55,346 nucleotides of DNA from positions 1 to 55,346 of the forward strand of contig JAUCBJ010006323.1 of NCBI GenBank assembly GCA_032718475.1, read 5' to 3'. Of this stretch, positions 24,354 through 37,399 are shown one piece after another. Below the pieces are notes generated by a model. The model did no database searches. It worked only from the letters and a program-made list of their open reading frames with translations, and had not been told where the DNA came from. Origin of the DNA: Nemertoderma westbladi (Eukaryota > Animalia > Xenacoelomorpha). The position numbers and the translations under genes are program-made. How positions within the stretch are numbered: the first letter of the stretch is position 1; the number at the start of each line of letters is the position of its first letter.

Positions 24354-25319
24354 ATCTCCAGGGGGTTACAAAATTAAGCCGAGAGATCGATCTCTACAGT
24401 ATACCTTTATAATGCACAGATAATACCAAAAAAAATGAGTTAGACCCCCGACGACTCGCAGCACCCCTGACGACTCGAAGGTTAGTAAAATCTGTTTTTG
24501 TGTGAAGATAATATATAGGACTTGGATTTAGAACTATTTGAAATCTTTGACGGAATTGAGTTCCATCAAGGTCCTAGAAAATTCAGGGATTTTAGAGCAG
24601 AAGTTAATCGAACTAGAGGGATAGAGAAGTTGCCACGTGCGGAAGCGCGGGTAGCGTAGTTGTAAAGAGTTTTAGTAAAGAAAGAACCAATAGTAGAGGG
24701 TGGGGGAGATGATCTGTTTGTCTACGTCGTACACTAGAAGGGCTACTTGGTATTTGAAGAGAAGATCTAAAGGAAGAAGAATTCCTAAGGTTTTGCAAAG
24801 AAGGTTAGCGGAAGCACGATTTTGACTAAATGTAATACATTAGAGTAGTTTATTGATTTTTATACGTAGAGGTTTCAAAGTAGTTCGATGGGTTCCTCCC
24901 CACAGTATGATTCTATAATGTAGATAGGGTTGTATTAGTGTTAGGTAAAGCTTGTCTGAGAATGTTAGGAGGAAAAATGTATATAATATCGCAGTTTGTA
25001 GAAGATGCCGGATGTTCTGGATATTTTTTTAAAGAATTTAGGAGATATGGGGTTGTTTCCATGAAGAGAGTTGATTATCTATGTGCACGCTTATAAATTT
25101 AGTAGTGAGTTTATGTGGAATCGCGGTGGGAATTTATTTTGGTACTTGGTATATTATTAGCTGTTGTATGGCATTGGAAAAATTGTGTATTCCGTTTTTG
25201 AGAGATTTAGAGATAATCGGTTGTCAGTTAGTAGGCCTACAGTCAGAGAGTAGTACTACCATTACTGCAGTTTCTGCATTGCGACGGTGTCGTCACGTTA
25301 CGGGCTAATTTTTTGGGAG

Positions 25320-25402
25320 AGTAGCCGTAACGCGACTATGAAAGTCGCGGTACGGCTACTAAAAAAGTCGCGTTACGGCTAATTGTCGCGTTACGGCTAA
25401 TC
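25320..25402. repeat. Short inverted and tandem repeats of GTCGCGTTACGGCTA (probable DNA transposon subterminal repeats)
   Basis: One inverted and three direct copies. Confidence 0.6.
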
Positions 25403-25570
25403 GATTGTATTGGTTTTACATAGGGAATCATTATCAATGTTATTCTATGGTGTTTACGTACAGATGAGGTCCGAAAAATGTAATGTAATAATGTTTTACA
25501 GCATGGGAGTATCCAGACAACATATGCCACTTCGAGAGTTTATGATAGATTACCAAAAACTACCAGATAT

Positions 25571-25617
<47 letters not shown>

Positions 25618-25827
25618 AACTGGATGCAATAAAAATGCATCCCTCTCCAGGGGAAATTGGACGCAAATAACTGCTGTATACGAGCAAAATAAAACTGTAA
25701 CCTGTTCTATTGTGTTTAGTTTATTGTTTTGGTTAAAATAACGTGCCACTGTAACCTGCTCCTTTCCCTAAATTGAGAATTTAACATTGAGGCGGGATAT
25801 TAATTCGCCAAGGTGGGTTTTGCGTCC

Positions 25828-25861
<34 letters not shown>

Positions 25862-26806
25862 TGTCTCAAAACAACACAATCATGTTCGAATACGTCAGCT
25901 GGAAAATGGGGCCACAAATCGCCGCCATCGTGCATACGGTACATAAATAATAACAATGCGGTAATAGCAGCCAAAGAAGCAATGAATGGTTTTGTGGAAC
26001 ATATTCCATTGCATATCAATGTTGTTAACCAACGCCTGGCTCGCTACCTAGACCATATGGCGTTCTGTTTAGGGACTGACAAGCAGGCAATGGCCGTCCT
26101 TCCAGCCGCGATCACCCAGTTGACGGTCCAGATGCATTGGGAGGGGGTGGTGGGGTGGTGATCCCGACTGCCATGTTGGTGTAGTGAACCGCCTCTTCGC
26201 GGCCGAACCATTTAGATGAATTGATGAATGTGACGTAGATCGGAACGACTTGCTATAGAAATACCATTGGCTAGTTTAGAACCTGGATAGTTGCGAGAAA
26301 GATTGTGTGCGGTCATCCTTGATATAAAAAAAAATATAAGAGCCCGTACGGGCTCACATCAATTCATCAAAATGGTATATATTTTTTGGAGGTCGTTATA
26401 AAAATGGTCGAATTTTTCTGGTAAATAATGGCAGAATTATTAATATCAAAGTATTAAAATAGAAATCCAATTCAACAAGAAATTAACTACTAACCGGTGT
26501 TTCTTGCAATCACGGGAATATGTGGACATATAATTATAACAATTCATTTAAATACAACAATTCAATGAATTACAATTCAATAAAGGACACTATATGAATA
26601 TATCTAATACTATTATAATTATATACGCACTCACAAATAAAGCATCAAAACTGAAGTATATCTATAATAAAAAAAGCTTTTCTAGAAGTTGCTAAACGGA
26701 TGATATTATTAAATTGTTTAAAAAATGGAGAAGAAATATGTGGCTGGAGGAAAAAAATAATCAATAAGGGGTTGAAATTAAATATAAAATATAATTATCT
26801 ACTAAC

Positions 26807-27015
26807 AGACCGCAGATTACTCTCACTGAAGACACCTCGTCTTGCATTCCCCAACTGGTTAACTCTGCACCAGTAGCTGCCTGATAGACATCCTTCATGT
26901 CACCCTCCAGCTGATCGTATTTATACAACTGAATGTGAGGATCGCATCCTGGAACTTCAGCCGCAAGGACCAATCTGGTAGCTATAGCAACTACCAAAAA
27001 ACAACCACCTAGCAT
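26807..27015 (-). CDS. Secreted multi-domain beta/gamma-crystallin protein, coding exon 1 (signal peptide + Greek key 1)
   Basis: ATG at 27015. Reads MLGGCFLVVAIATRLVLAA (hydrophobic signal peptide) then EVPGCDPHIQLYKYDQLEGD...WGMQDEVSSVRVICG, a Greek key with a YxxxxLxG hairpin and DEVSSVRV. Donor GTTAGT after 26807 (phase 2). An acceptor-like ttttaatacatag ends just before 27039, implying an upstream non-coding exon. Confidence 0.9.
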
Positions 27016-27837
27016 TTCTTTGTCGCACAGTAAACTTAGCTATGTATTAAAATAGCAGAATACAATACTTTTTAGAAACACACAATAGGTTAACTTGCTC
27101 TTGTACTGTAATTCTAACTACATAATAATAATGACTAAATATAATATATGTGGATGTATAAGATGAAGCAGAATGTGTTACTAATTGATTTTTCCGCAAT
27201 TTACACATGTGTATGTGTGTGCAAGGCGTAATTGTCATGATGTTGCGTACTTATACAGATCAATGCACTGTGAGAGGATAACATGGTTACAGTTAGCTTG
27301 GGATAAAGTATCATGCTGTTTATATGTTTAATCTGAACGTCCGCCTAGAATGATCTAATATATATAACAATTAATTTAAATTGTTTGTTTAAGGTAGTAA
27401 GTGACATGCCGACTTGAGGGCTTTACACTGATCCATTACAATGAGGGTATGCATTGGAACATGAGTTTTATAGCCCCGGAGAGACAATTAAAAGTGTAAA
27501 AAATTAACGGTGTTAGATTATGTGAATTAATAACGTTCAAAATTGGACACGACAGAACGACAGGTTGATTAATGGTACCCCTACGCTAAGGCTCGCCTTA
27601 CTTCGTGGCTCGCAGCACAATGTCCTGATTTTGTCAGTAACGGCCTTTGGTCTGCTCCCAACTATTAACTGTAGTACTACTCTTTTTGTCAGGAGAACTA
27701 AAATATAATATTATGAAACAGAACACTTTTATGTTCTATCGTATTATTGTTGCAAAAATTCGTTCGTGACATATTTTAGAATATATTTACTTTCGTTGAA
27801 TTTCTATAGGATATCACGATGAATCTGTCGCCATAAT

Positions 27838-27975
27838 GCAACCAGACACTCTATAACATTGCAGGTGTCTCATTGTTTCCCCCAAGCTTGACACTAGAAC
27901 AAAGCCGCCTCCGCTTTACAGGACTTTGTTTTCGCCGTGAGGACCAGTCTATGCACACTCTTGTGCTTTGGAAGC
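27838..27975 (+). mobile_element. Diverged RTE-type LINE fragment
   Basis: Homologous to 29221-29356 (caaccagacact.tataacattg...cgccgtgaggaccag). Confidence 0.8.
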
Positions 27976-27984
27976 AACAACATG

Positions 27985-28542
27985 AGGCCTACACCAAAAA
28001 CACTAGGCCTACACCAATAACACTAGGCCTACACCAAAAACCCTAGGCCTACACCAACAACACTAGGCCTACACCAAAAACACTAGGCCTACACCAAAAA
28101 CACTTGGCCTACACCAAAAACACTAGGCCTACACCAAAAACACTAGGCCTACACCAAAAACACTAGGCCTACACCAAAAACACTAGGCCTACACCAAAAA
28201 CACTAGGCCTACACCAAAAACACTATGCCTACACCAAAAACACTAGGCCTACACCAAAAACACTAGGCCTACACCAAAAACACTAGGCCTACACCAAAAA
28301 CACTAGGCCTACACCAACAACACGAGGCCTACACCAAAAACACTAGGCCTACACCAAAAACACTAGGCCTACACCAAAAACACTAGGCCTACACCAAAAA
28401 CACTAGTCCTACACTAAAAAGACTAGGCCTACACCAAAAACACTAGGCCTACACGAAAAATACTAGGCCTACACCAAAAACACTAGGCCTACACCAAAAA
28501 CACTAGGCCTACACCAAAAACACTAGGCCTACACCAAAAACA
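27985..28542. repeat. 20-bp minisatellite (CACTAGGCCTACACCAAAAA)n, about 28 copies
   Basis: Direct reading; highly homogeneous. Confidence 0.97.
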
Positions 28543-28647
28543 AGAAATAAAATCAAACAATAAAACATATGAAAAATATAAAAGAAATAAAATATAGAGT
28601 TACTTCAGGGTTTCATGCCCCCGATTCTGGTACTCCTGTCCCATCTC

Positions 28648-28870
28648 CCAGACCCAGCCCGCTCCTCCAGACCCAGCCCGCTCCTCCAGACCCAGCCCGC
28701 TCCTCTAGACGCAGCCCGCTCCTCCAGACCTAGCCCGCTCCTCCAGACCCAGCCCGCTTCTCCAGACCCAGCCCGCTCCTCCAGACCTAGCCCGCTCCTC
28801 CAGACCCAGCCCGCTCCTCCAGACCCAGCCCGCTCCTCCAGACCCAGACCTCTCCTCCAGACCCAGCCCG
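28648..28870. repeat. 19-bp GC-rich minisatellite (CCAGACCCAGCCCGCTCCT)n, about 12 copies
   Basis: Direct reading; explains ORF 28615-28890. Confidence 0.95.
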
Positions 28871-29204
28871 CAACATCACTATACCTGTGATCCCTGGATG
28901 CTTGGGGATACTCCCCAAATGTTGGCGAACTGCACCCGGTTCTGGACCCAACCCATCACCATACTGTAGGGTCGACCACAGATGGTGCTGCTCCGCTATT
29001 ACTGGGAGTAATTTATGTGTCTAGGGAGCCAAGGACTCCATCGGGTATGACCAGGTATTATTTATATTGCTTTTAGTTATTTTTATCATATCAAGTCTAT
29101 ACAAATTACAATTTATTGAAAACTTTAACATTTACAAGTTTGTTTTTATGGTGTCTTGATGAATTGGTTTAGTTTCGATTGTGTCACTGTTCATTGTGTC
29201 AAGT

Positions 29205-29552
29205 ACATTGCACACATCTCCAACCAGACACTATATAACATTGGAGGTGTCCCATTGGTTCCCCCAAGCTTGACACTAGAACAAAATCGCCTCCGCTTTG
29301 CAGGACATTGCTTTCGCCGTGAGGACCAGCCATTGCATAATCTTGTACTTTGGCAGCCTCATGGAGTGAATAAGCATGGTGGACTGCCCATGACTTTCTT
29401 GAGACGCATCTTAAAGGACACTGGCCTTGAAGATGCGGATGATCTAGCAAATGTCATGGGTGATAGGGAGTTGTGGCGGTGCAATTTTGTCGATAAGCCG
29501 GCACAGCATTCTTAAAAATGCAGCTGCAATGCAGCATGCCGATCCTAGTAGT
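29205..29552 (+). mobile_element. 3' end of RTE-type LINE
   Basis: HISNQTLY...RLRFAGHCFRRED...LVLWQP...WR C-terminus with a TAG tail. Confidence 0.88.
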
Positions 29553-30849
29553 AATGTCACTGTATCATGTTACAGTATAGGTAGTACTATATGACATAGT
29601 GCTTTATCTACCGTACACCACCATTGCACTTTGGGATTATAGTAGTTGGGATTTTCTGTCATCCAACTTTTTGTCCCTTCGAAAAGTACCCTCCGAGTAC
29701 ATATTCGTTTTAGTCCCACGGGGATCGGAACTTGAATCGGATTTAGATTCTATACTTTTCTTGTCCATTAGACTGTTGTGCTAATTATATGTATAACAAT
29801 TATGTATCAATACGTTTATTGTTAATTAATTATTACTAATTACTACTCAAGCTTTGCCTCTGAGAACTGTGTTAGTTTACAATGGCTGATGAATGAATCA
29901 TATAAAAAGAAGGATGTAACCCAAGAACAAACATTGTGACAATTTCTTATTATCTCAGAAAGTTTCAGTTTTATTTCAGAAATGTATCCCTCTAGCGACA
30001 GACTTGAGAATTTTAGGAGGTTCATCCCCCTCACAAATATCCAGCTATAGTTCTAAAATAATAAGTGAATGATCTAATTCAGTAACCGAAATATTTTGTT
30101 AATTATCTTATTAACTTATTTAATTAACTTATTTTAGAACTATGTTTCCCCGGTAACCAAAGCACATAAATTTATTTTCCAATATCCAGCTAATGTTGTA
30201 TTGCATTGTTAGATAGTTAGTTTACAGGGCTACCTACTCCTGTACTATATTTTGATCACAATAATTATTGACACAAATGATTTAGAGATAAATAATTAAT
30301 TAATTAAATAGCACAATAAATAGCCAAAAGAATAGTATATAGAAATAAATAGCACAATAAACCGGGTGATTCAAAATTAGGAAAACACTAGTAAAACATA
30401 GGAAAAGTACTGTAAAACACCCGAAAAACAGTGAAAATATTGATCAGCAGGAAATTTAACAAAAGTACTTCTCCGAATTGACAATCCTAAATGTACTCCT
30501 CGCATAGCACACCTTAAGTAATCACCGTAAAACATAGGGAAAACAATATAAAAACACTATAACCCTTCCGGAAAACAGTGAAAAAATTGATCAGCATTAA
30601 ATTTTACCTATATGCAGCAAAAAAATAAATTTAAGGTGTCTAATACTGCCCAGAAATCTTGTTGCCAGGCAACCAAAGTACAGTAAACAATCAGCATAAA
30701 GTGCAGTAATATCCTTGTTTAACGGTGAGTCTGGTAGAGGCACACAGTGCCGGTATTGCTGTATTCGGGTAGGCCTTATTACCTGATTACAGTATTAGTG
30801 ATGTAGTGTATTCCAGTATTCATGTATTGCAGTATTGTTAGGGTTAGTT

Positions 30850-31790
30850 AAAGCAAATCGTGGCAGTGGAGTAGATGGTGTTCCCCCTGAGGTCTTTAAA
30901 ATACCTGAGTGTTTAAAGCTCATCTATCCCATCATAGTAGACATCTACCGAACAACAAGAGTCCCACAAGAAATGAAAACAAATAAGTTGGTGCTAGTTC
31001 CCAGCCCCAAGAAGGGCAACCTAACACTCTATGGTTATTTTCGGGGAATCTCATTGATCTCGATAGCTGCAAAGCTATACAATAGAATTATATTAAATCG
31101 CATCAGGGATCCCATTGAGAGACTGCTCCGTGGAAATCAGAATGGGTTCCGTAAAGGGCGTGGGACCATGGAGCACATTTTGGCACTTAGAAGGATAATT
31201 GAAGAGTTATCAAAAAAGAAAGACAGGCATCTTTGATTCAGTCTCTCGCTCACGTATGTTCAGCATACTTTCATTATATGGGATTCCTGATGAAATTATT
31301 GCAGCAATCAGATCAGTATACGATGGTTCGACAACATTTGTGTCTACTGTTGACGGTGACACAGAACCATTTGAAGTGTTATGGGGCGTCCTCCAAGGAG
31401 ACACACTTGCACCATTCTTGTTCATAATTGTGGTTGACTATGTTCTACGCATGTCCTTAGATCATCATAATGATGATGGGGTGATGATAACTCCACCTAC
31501 TGGCTCCAGAAGTCGAGGAAATCCTGCCAAGTACCTAACGGATCTAGACTTTGCTGATGACTTAGGAGTACTCTCAGAATCACTAGAGGGAGCCCAACGG
31601 CTCCTCAGCTCATTAGAACATGCTGCTTCTAGTGTTGGTCTTTTTATTAACTCCAGAAAGACCAAAATTTTGACAGTTAACTTTGAAAGTCCTCACCAAG
31701 TCTCTGATCGGATGAGCATAAGCTCAAAGGAGGGTATGCTTGAGCATGTGGACAACTTCCGTTACCTGGGATCATGGATCCGGAAGTCAG
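30850..31790 (+). mobile_element. RTE-type LINE RT domain, truncated at both ends and frameshifted
   Basis: GVDGVPPE, PKKGNL, RGISL, NQNGFRKGR, GVLQGDTLAPFLF, LDFADDL and FRYLGSWI motifs; deletion around the DF.KAFDS motif. Confidence 0.93.
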
Positions 31791-33689
31791 GTGTGGACTA
31801 TATAGGAAATCCGAAATGTTATTTACATAAGATCCTCGAACTAACACTGTGTGTACTGTATATATTTTATAGTAATTATCCCTACAAATAAGTAAAATTA
31901 TATTTGCCATTGTTCATAATTTAGCGCTTTATAGCTTTTAACTAACTATCTTTCGTTTTGTTATAACGGCTTATGTTATATATTATTAATGTTATATATT
32001 GTGATAACTGTTATTATGACGTTTATATAGTTTTTAGTATTCTTCTGTGCTCCACAAGGTGGTGCTATCATGCAGTTCTATACTTGGGTTTGTGTTATAA
32101 TATTCCAGGTAATAGAATTATTGTTAGAGATTAACTAAAAACATATCTCAACATTGATTGGATAAAACACTTTCCTTTAGTTTAAAGCTGCTCTTTAGTG
32201 TAGTTGAATTCTATTCGCTAAAGTAATCATGTATAGCAGCAACCTTAGTTTGTGTTAGTGAATAGTCCACTCAACTACCTTTATTTAGAGTGTCTCACTC
32301 TTACAGACTTCCATTTGTATGGGTTTGGTTGACAGTTTGTTTGTAGTTGAAAGAATTGATTGTATCCCAGAGTCAAGTGTTCAATTAATTGGTGCTATTG
32401 TATTCTATTCTATGATAAATTTATAATCGTTTCTGTGAAGAAAACTACTTACTCTTCTACCACTTACTCTACACTACATAAACTTAAACTTCTAGCCAAT
32501 CCGCTAGTATAATAACATAGGCCCTATAATTAAAATCAGGTTAATAAGTTATCACAGCTGGTTGTGATCTCCTTAATTTTTTTATTTGTTTGTGTTCTTG
32601 AAATGTTTCTCAATTTGTTTTAAAATTGAAATGGCACCAAGTGAAATCTTAGTGGTTGACTATGATGCCTTTAAATTGTTCAAATATTTAAATTACCTAT
32701 TCAAATTGTTGACAATACTACTTTTAATTAAGTTTTAGTGCGATGGAGTGACTTTGTATTAAATATATAATAATGTGGTATGATTATGATATCTATCTTC
32801 TTCGCGACAGATATCAACCGCCGCGGCCCGCGGATCATATTGAGTGTCGGTTGATTACAATTAGTAAACGATAGCTTATATCGTTACACTTATGATTTCA
32901 TTGTGTAGGATATATTTTTTGTCTAACATAAAATTAAAATATGGATCTTTAAACCTACCACCTAACCCTACAGCCCTACTGCACTTTAGGGCGGATTACC
33001 AATTAGGAGCATACAGTATGCGGTAACATTACTGAAATTCTCTCTGCCGGCTGGCCCTCTATACTTAGAGCAACCTTATTCTGAGTTAGTCAATCACTAT
33101 GTTAGCACCACTGACTACAGCCACCCATAATGGTTAATGAGTTTCAGAGCTTCTCTATTGTCTGTTTAAGCGCCACTGTTGAATACCTTTGTGTAGAACT
33201 GTCAGTATCTCTAACTATTACCTAACGCAATGCGTTCATTGCTTTTAGCTATCTGTACAAGCTGTGCACAGAATACACTGTTCCATTATTGTGTGTACCA
33301 TTACCTACATACCTAAGGAATTCCTCACTTAAATACTATAACTCTCTATCAGACTATAGAACTGTCTGTTACGCATACAGCATGCTACAACTAGCTTTGG
33401 CACTGCATAAAATATTTAATATATATAGTTTATATATGCGCGGATTTGTAGAAGTGATTTGTGAGTTTGTTTGCCGTGTTTATAATTCCTCGATCTGTCT
33501 GGTTTGTGTTGTTAACCCTTATTTGTTTACCAAAAGCCTAAATAACCAGAAGTAACCCTAGCCTAGCCTAGTTAATGCTTTTACTTCCTTGTTTTTTTTG
33601 CTTTGCTAGATATTTTGTTTAGATTGTTACTAATATTGGTTATTAATATTAATAGCATTATAAAATATCATTTTTTTTAAGTTTTTTCC

Positions 33690-33822
33690 CCAGGTGTGAA
33701 AACATTTAAAAGGGTTTTTCCCCCGGCGAGAAATGTTTTTCACCAGGGTGATGTTTTTCACCCGGGTGATAAAGTTTTTTCACCCGGGTGATAAAGTTTT
33801 TTAACCCGGGTGAAAAACATTT
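33690..33822. repeat. Cluster of palindromic TCACCCGGGTGA units in about 23-bp tandem repeats
   Basis: Direct reading. Confidence 0.7.
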
Positions 33823-34592
33823 AAAAAATAAAAATAATTGGCCGCAATCAACAATGCGTTCAACAATAGATATCATGTCATAGCCGTTTCGTATCAGAAC
33901 TATACAACATCCTCAATGATACCAGTAGTCGGAGTATATATTCAGTTAAGCCTATTTATTCCAGAGTATACTGTTATAATAATTCTCTGCTGTCGCACGT
34001 AAAATGAAAGTATTGATTTTGCCAGTTAGTCCTGCGCCTTCCTATAAGCACTCCAATTCATACTTACAGAATTTCGACTAAGATATCTGAATGTGGAATA
34101 TATTCTATGAAAGTGAAAGTATTAATTAATATACGGTAGGCCTACATAAAGTAAATATTGGTAAACCTGGCCTACTGAAGTTCACATATTTGAAGTTGAA
34201 AGCGACAACTTATGCATTCAGCATTGTTATTCATACTTGACTGTAGTTACTGAGTTACCAGTAATGTTGTACATCGTAAAATATAAGTTTTGTTTTTTGG
34301 TATAATATAACAACTATACACACTATGGAAGCTGGATAGACAACTAATTTGGTGCAGTTCGGATTGCTTTATCACTGAACTAACACGAATTACTATACAT
34401 GTATTATTATGTTCTCTATGGCATGGGTCTGTATGTTTGTTTATACAGTTATAAGGTTTGAGATTCTAGTCTTGGAAATGCCAGATTTAGATAGAAAGCT
34501 TCGAAAATTAGAATGATTACAACGTAGACGAAAAATATACTTTATCCGTTGCCATCAAAACAGCAAAATTATCACGATGACCCATTTTATCT

Positions 34593-34851
34593 GGCGCATG
34601 TGAAGTATACCAGGTTATATTTCACTTTACAGTTAGTCCCATGTGAAGAATACCAGGTCTTTACTAAAACCGCAGGTTTCAGAAGGGCTGATTCTAACCA
34701 AAACAATAAACGAATATGTCTCTATACAGGTTATAAGATAGAAATAAGCGCTAGAAAACACTTAATAATAAGGATGAATTTGGAAAAATTTAATTCTTCA
34801 AATATAAAAAATTCCAGTAGAATTTCGACCAAAGTATTCTTCACATGGGCA
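34593..34851 (+). mobile_element. MITE family A, copy 1
   Basis: Ends GGC(G)CATGTGAAG and CTTCACATGGGC; flanks TTTTATCT / TTTTTTCT (8-bp TSD with 1 mismatch). Confidence 0.8.
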
Positions 34852-35989
34852 TTTTTTCTTATAAAGCAACATTACTTGCTATAATAATATTATCAAAAAA
34901 TATTGATGGTAAATCGTCAATCAATAGGTTTGTTTCTAGGTAGGAAACAATAGGATGCATTTTGGTGATAAATTATTGACGGCCTATATATTTACTTTAT
35001 TTCTCATTGCACCTGAACATTTTATTGCACATTATTTCATTAATTATTGTCATCAGACAATCAATTCTCATTACAAGTGTGATTTCCAACATTACGTTTA
35101 AGAGCTCTCTCCTTGTGTTTCTGTCTATCTCATGTACATATATAGTAGTAGGCCTACATATTTGACTTTTGGCCCCAAACGTCGTTTTTCCCAGGCCGAG
35201 CTTATAGTATCCTGTTTAGGGAGCGATCGTTTAGTGGGGCTGTAAGACCCAGCATGGTGCGTTCGATACGTAACTTTATAGCTGTTTGCCGGGGTGTGTG
35301 TGTGTGTATGTATAATAAATTAAACTATAGTCTCAGTTACCAAAAGGTATATTATATAGCCACACCAAGTCAATTGATAAATGCTTTTTCTGTAAATTGT
35401 GTAATGTGTTTGTATAGATAACATTCTTTATATTTTATATTTATTTAACTGATTAAATTTAAGGGACAGCTGATTTTAGCCAAGTATATATTATATAAGA
35501 CAAACAAAAGTGGAAATTATGTATGAATCTTACCTGATATATTCAATAGATAGCCTATATGTAAAATAATGAACAGTGGGGGCTGGGACAGTTTAATATT
35601 TTGCTTAAGAGTTGAGTTCCTTTGGAGAAGTGGTATAGTAGAAGTAAAGTTCCTATAAACCAGAGTAGGATTAACCTGTATGAGTTCGAACTTAAGGGCC
35701 CCACTCTCTCCCAAGGGGACCTCCACCTCCCAGGGCCCCTACCATACACTATAATACAACATATGTTACCATAATTCCGATATGTCATTATAATCTCCCT
35801 GAAGTGAATGAATTCACTAGAGTTGTTTATCCATATATTTTTTTTACACAATATAATGGATGTTAAAACATTTAAAAAATAAAATTCGTCCCTCAAATAT
35901 TGTGTATAATATTATCCTGCATCATATGGTGTATATCAATTCAATTTATTAAATTAAATTGAATTAAATATTTGCCATTCGTCCTCTTT

Positions 35990-36196
35990 TTTTTTAAATT
36001 TATCTTTATTAAGTGTTTTATAGCTCTTATTTCTGTCTTATAACCTGTACATATACTAATTCGTTTATTGTTTTGGTTAAATTCAGTCCTTCTGTAACCT
36101 GTGTTATTTGTGAAAACCTGGTATTCTTCACATGGGGTTAAGGTAACTGCAAAGTGAAATATAACGGCAGAAAGTCTGGTATTCTTCACATGGGCC
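35990..36196 (-). mobile_element. MITE family A, copy 2 (one end lost)
   Basis: Near-identical to 40140-40345. Confidence 0.8.
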
Positions 36197-37399
36197 AATA
36201 AGTTAAGTTACTAAACTTAAATCTGATATTTTTTGCATCACAAAATAGGGCTATGCAGACTAGCCATTATAATGGCATTATGTATAAATTGTGACTACAT
36301 TGTATTGTTTAGTTAATGGTACCAGTATGTATGACTCTGTGTGATTTCTCAGTGTGTTGCCCAGTAATTTACAGCCAAATAACCTCAGGCAAATGGGTCC
36401 CTTTGTCGCACCAGTACACTGCTATTCACCTCTATGAATGGTGTTTACGCTTAAAGTTTGATGTGTAAAGAACTTTGACAGCTGGAGCCAGTCTTTAGCA
36501 AATGATTTTTCTGTCTCTTCTGGGTTCGTTAATAGTTTCTTTTGTACTTTTTATAGGGTACAAAATGAACATTATCTGAACAAATATGGGCGTCATACTA
36601 CCTGTCTTGGTACCCCCCACCTCACGCCTACATAATAGGGGGCGATTGTTTCAAGCTAACCAAACCTTTACCGTGTACTTTACTAAAACTGGCTACAAAT
36701 TAGTTCAGTATATAGTTCGTGGTGCGCTGGTTCAATGTCACCCAGTAGGTAGTCAAGTTAAGTGGATCAATTAGTAGGGCTGTTAAAATATTAAGGTTAA
36801 TGGGTCGTTACTTCTTCTTATATAAAAGCCAAAACGTTGTGTGAAATCTATTCAATACAATAGAATTCAACAACTTATCCGGTTTGATTGGCATAACAAA
36901 ATATCTAAATGTTATCGGTTCATAACGTATTATTATGTGTTTTTCCCATGGCACGGTATATAACCACTAAGCATTCCAAAATTTGCTTGTTTGTTTTTTT
37001 GTTTGTTTTTTTTTGCTTTAAAATCCTATTGTTTTTAAAGTACTTGCTACCTCCTGTTAGTTTATTCAACTTAACGTTCAATAAATGGTGTTTTACTTTC
37101 TATTTGATTCTACTGTTACTGTATGTATTTATTTATCCTTGACGAATAACCGTTATTATTTTTTTATAACAAATTATTGGGCCTATAACTTAACTGGTAT
37201 GTTATTAATGTATACAATCTATTAATCTATACCCATATCCTTAACCTATCAACGTGCGGATTTTAAAGGTTAGTGACTCCATCTACTTTATTATAAATAT
37301 AACTCAATATGACATTAAAACTATTATACCGATATTCACTTTGCTGGTGTGGCGTCGATCAGTCTGTATGTCACGCCGTGAGCAATATGATGGGTTTTT

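Noticed and set aside
24500-25240. Possible Penelope-like relic on the minus strand (also 54480-54760 on plus)
   Set aside because: Only vague peptide resemblance across many stops; cannot be supported without a profile search.
26338-26359. Small palindrome GAGCCCGTACGGGCTC, and hairpin plus CTAGT at about 50943-50965, as Helitron-type ends
   Set aside because: Suggestive but too short; no partner terminus identified.
28615-28890. Pro-rich repeat protein ORF
   Set aside because: It is the translation of a 19-bp minisatellite cycling through frames; no splice support.
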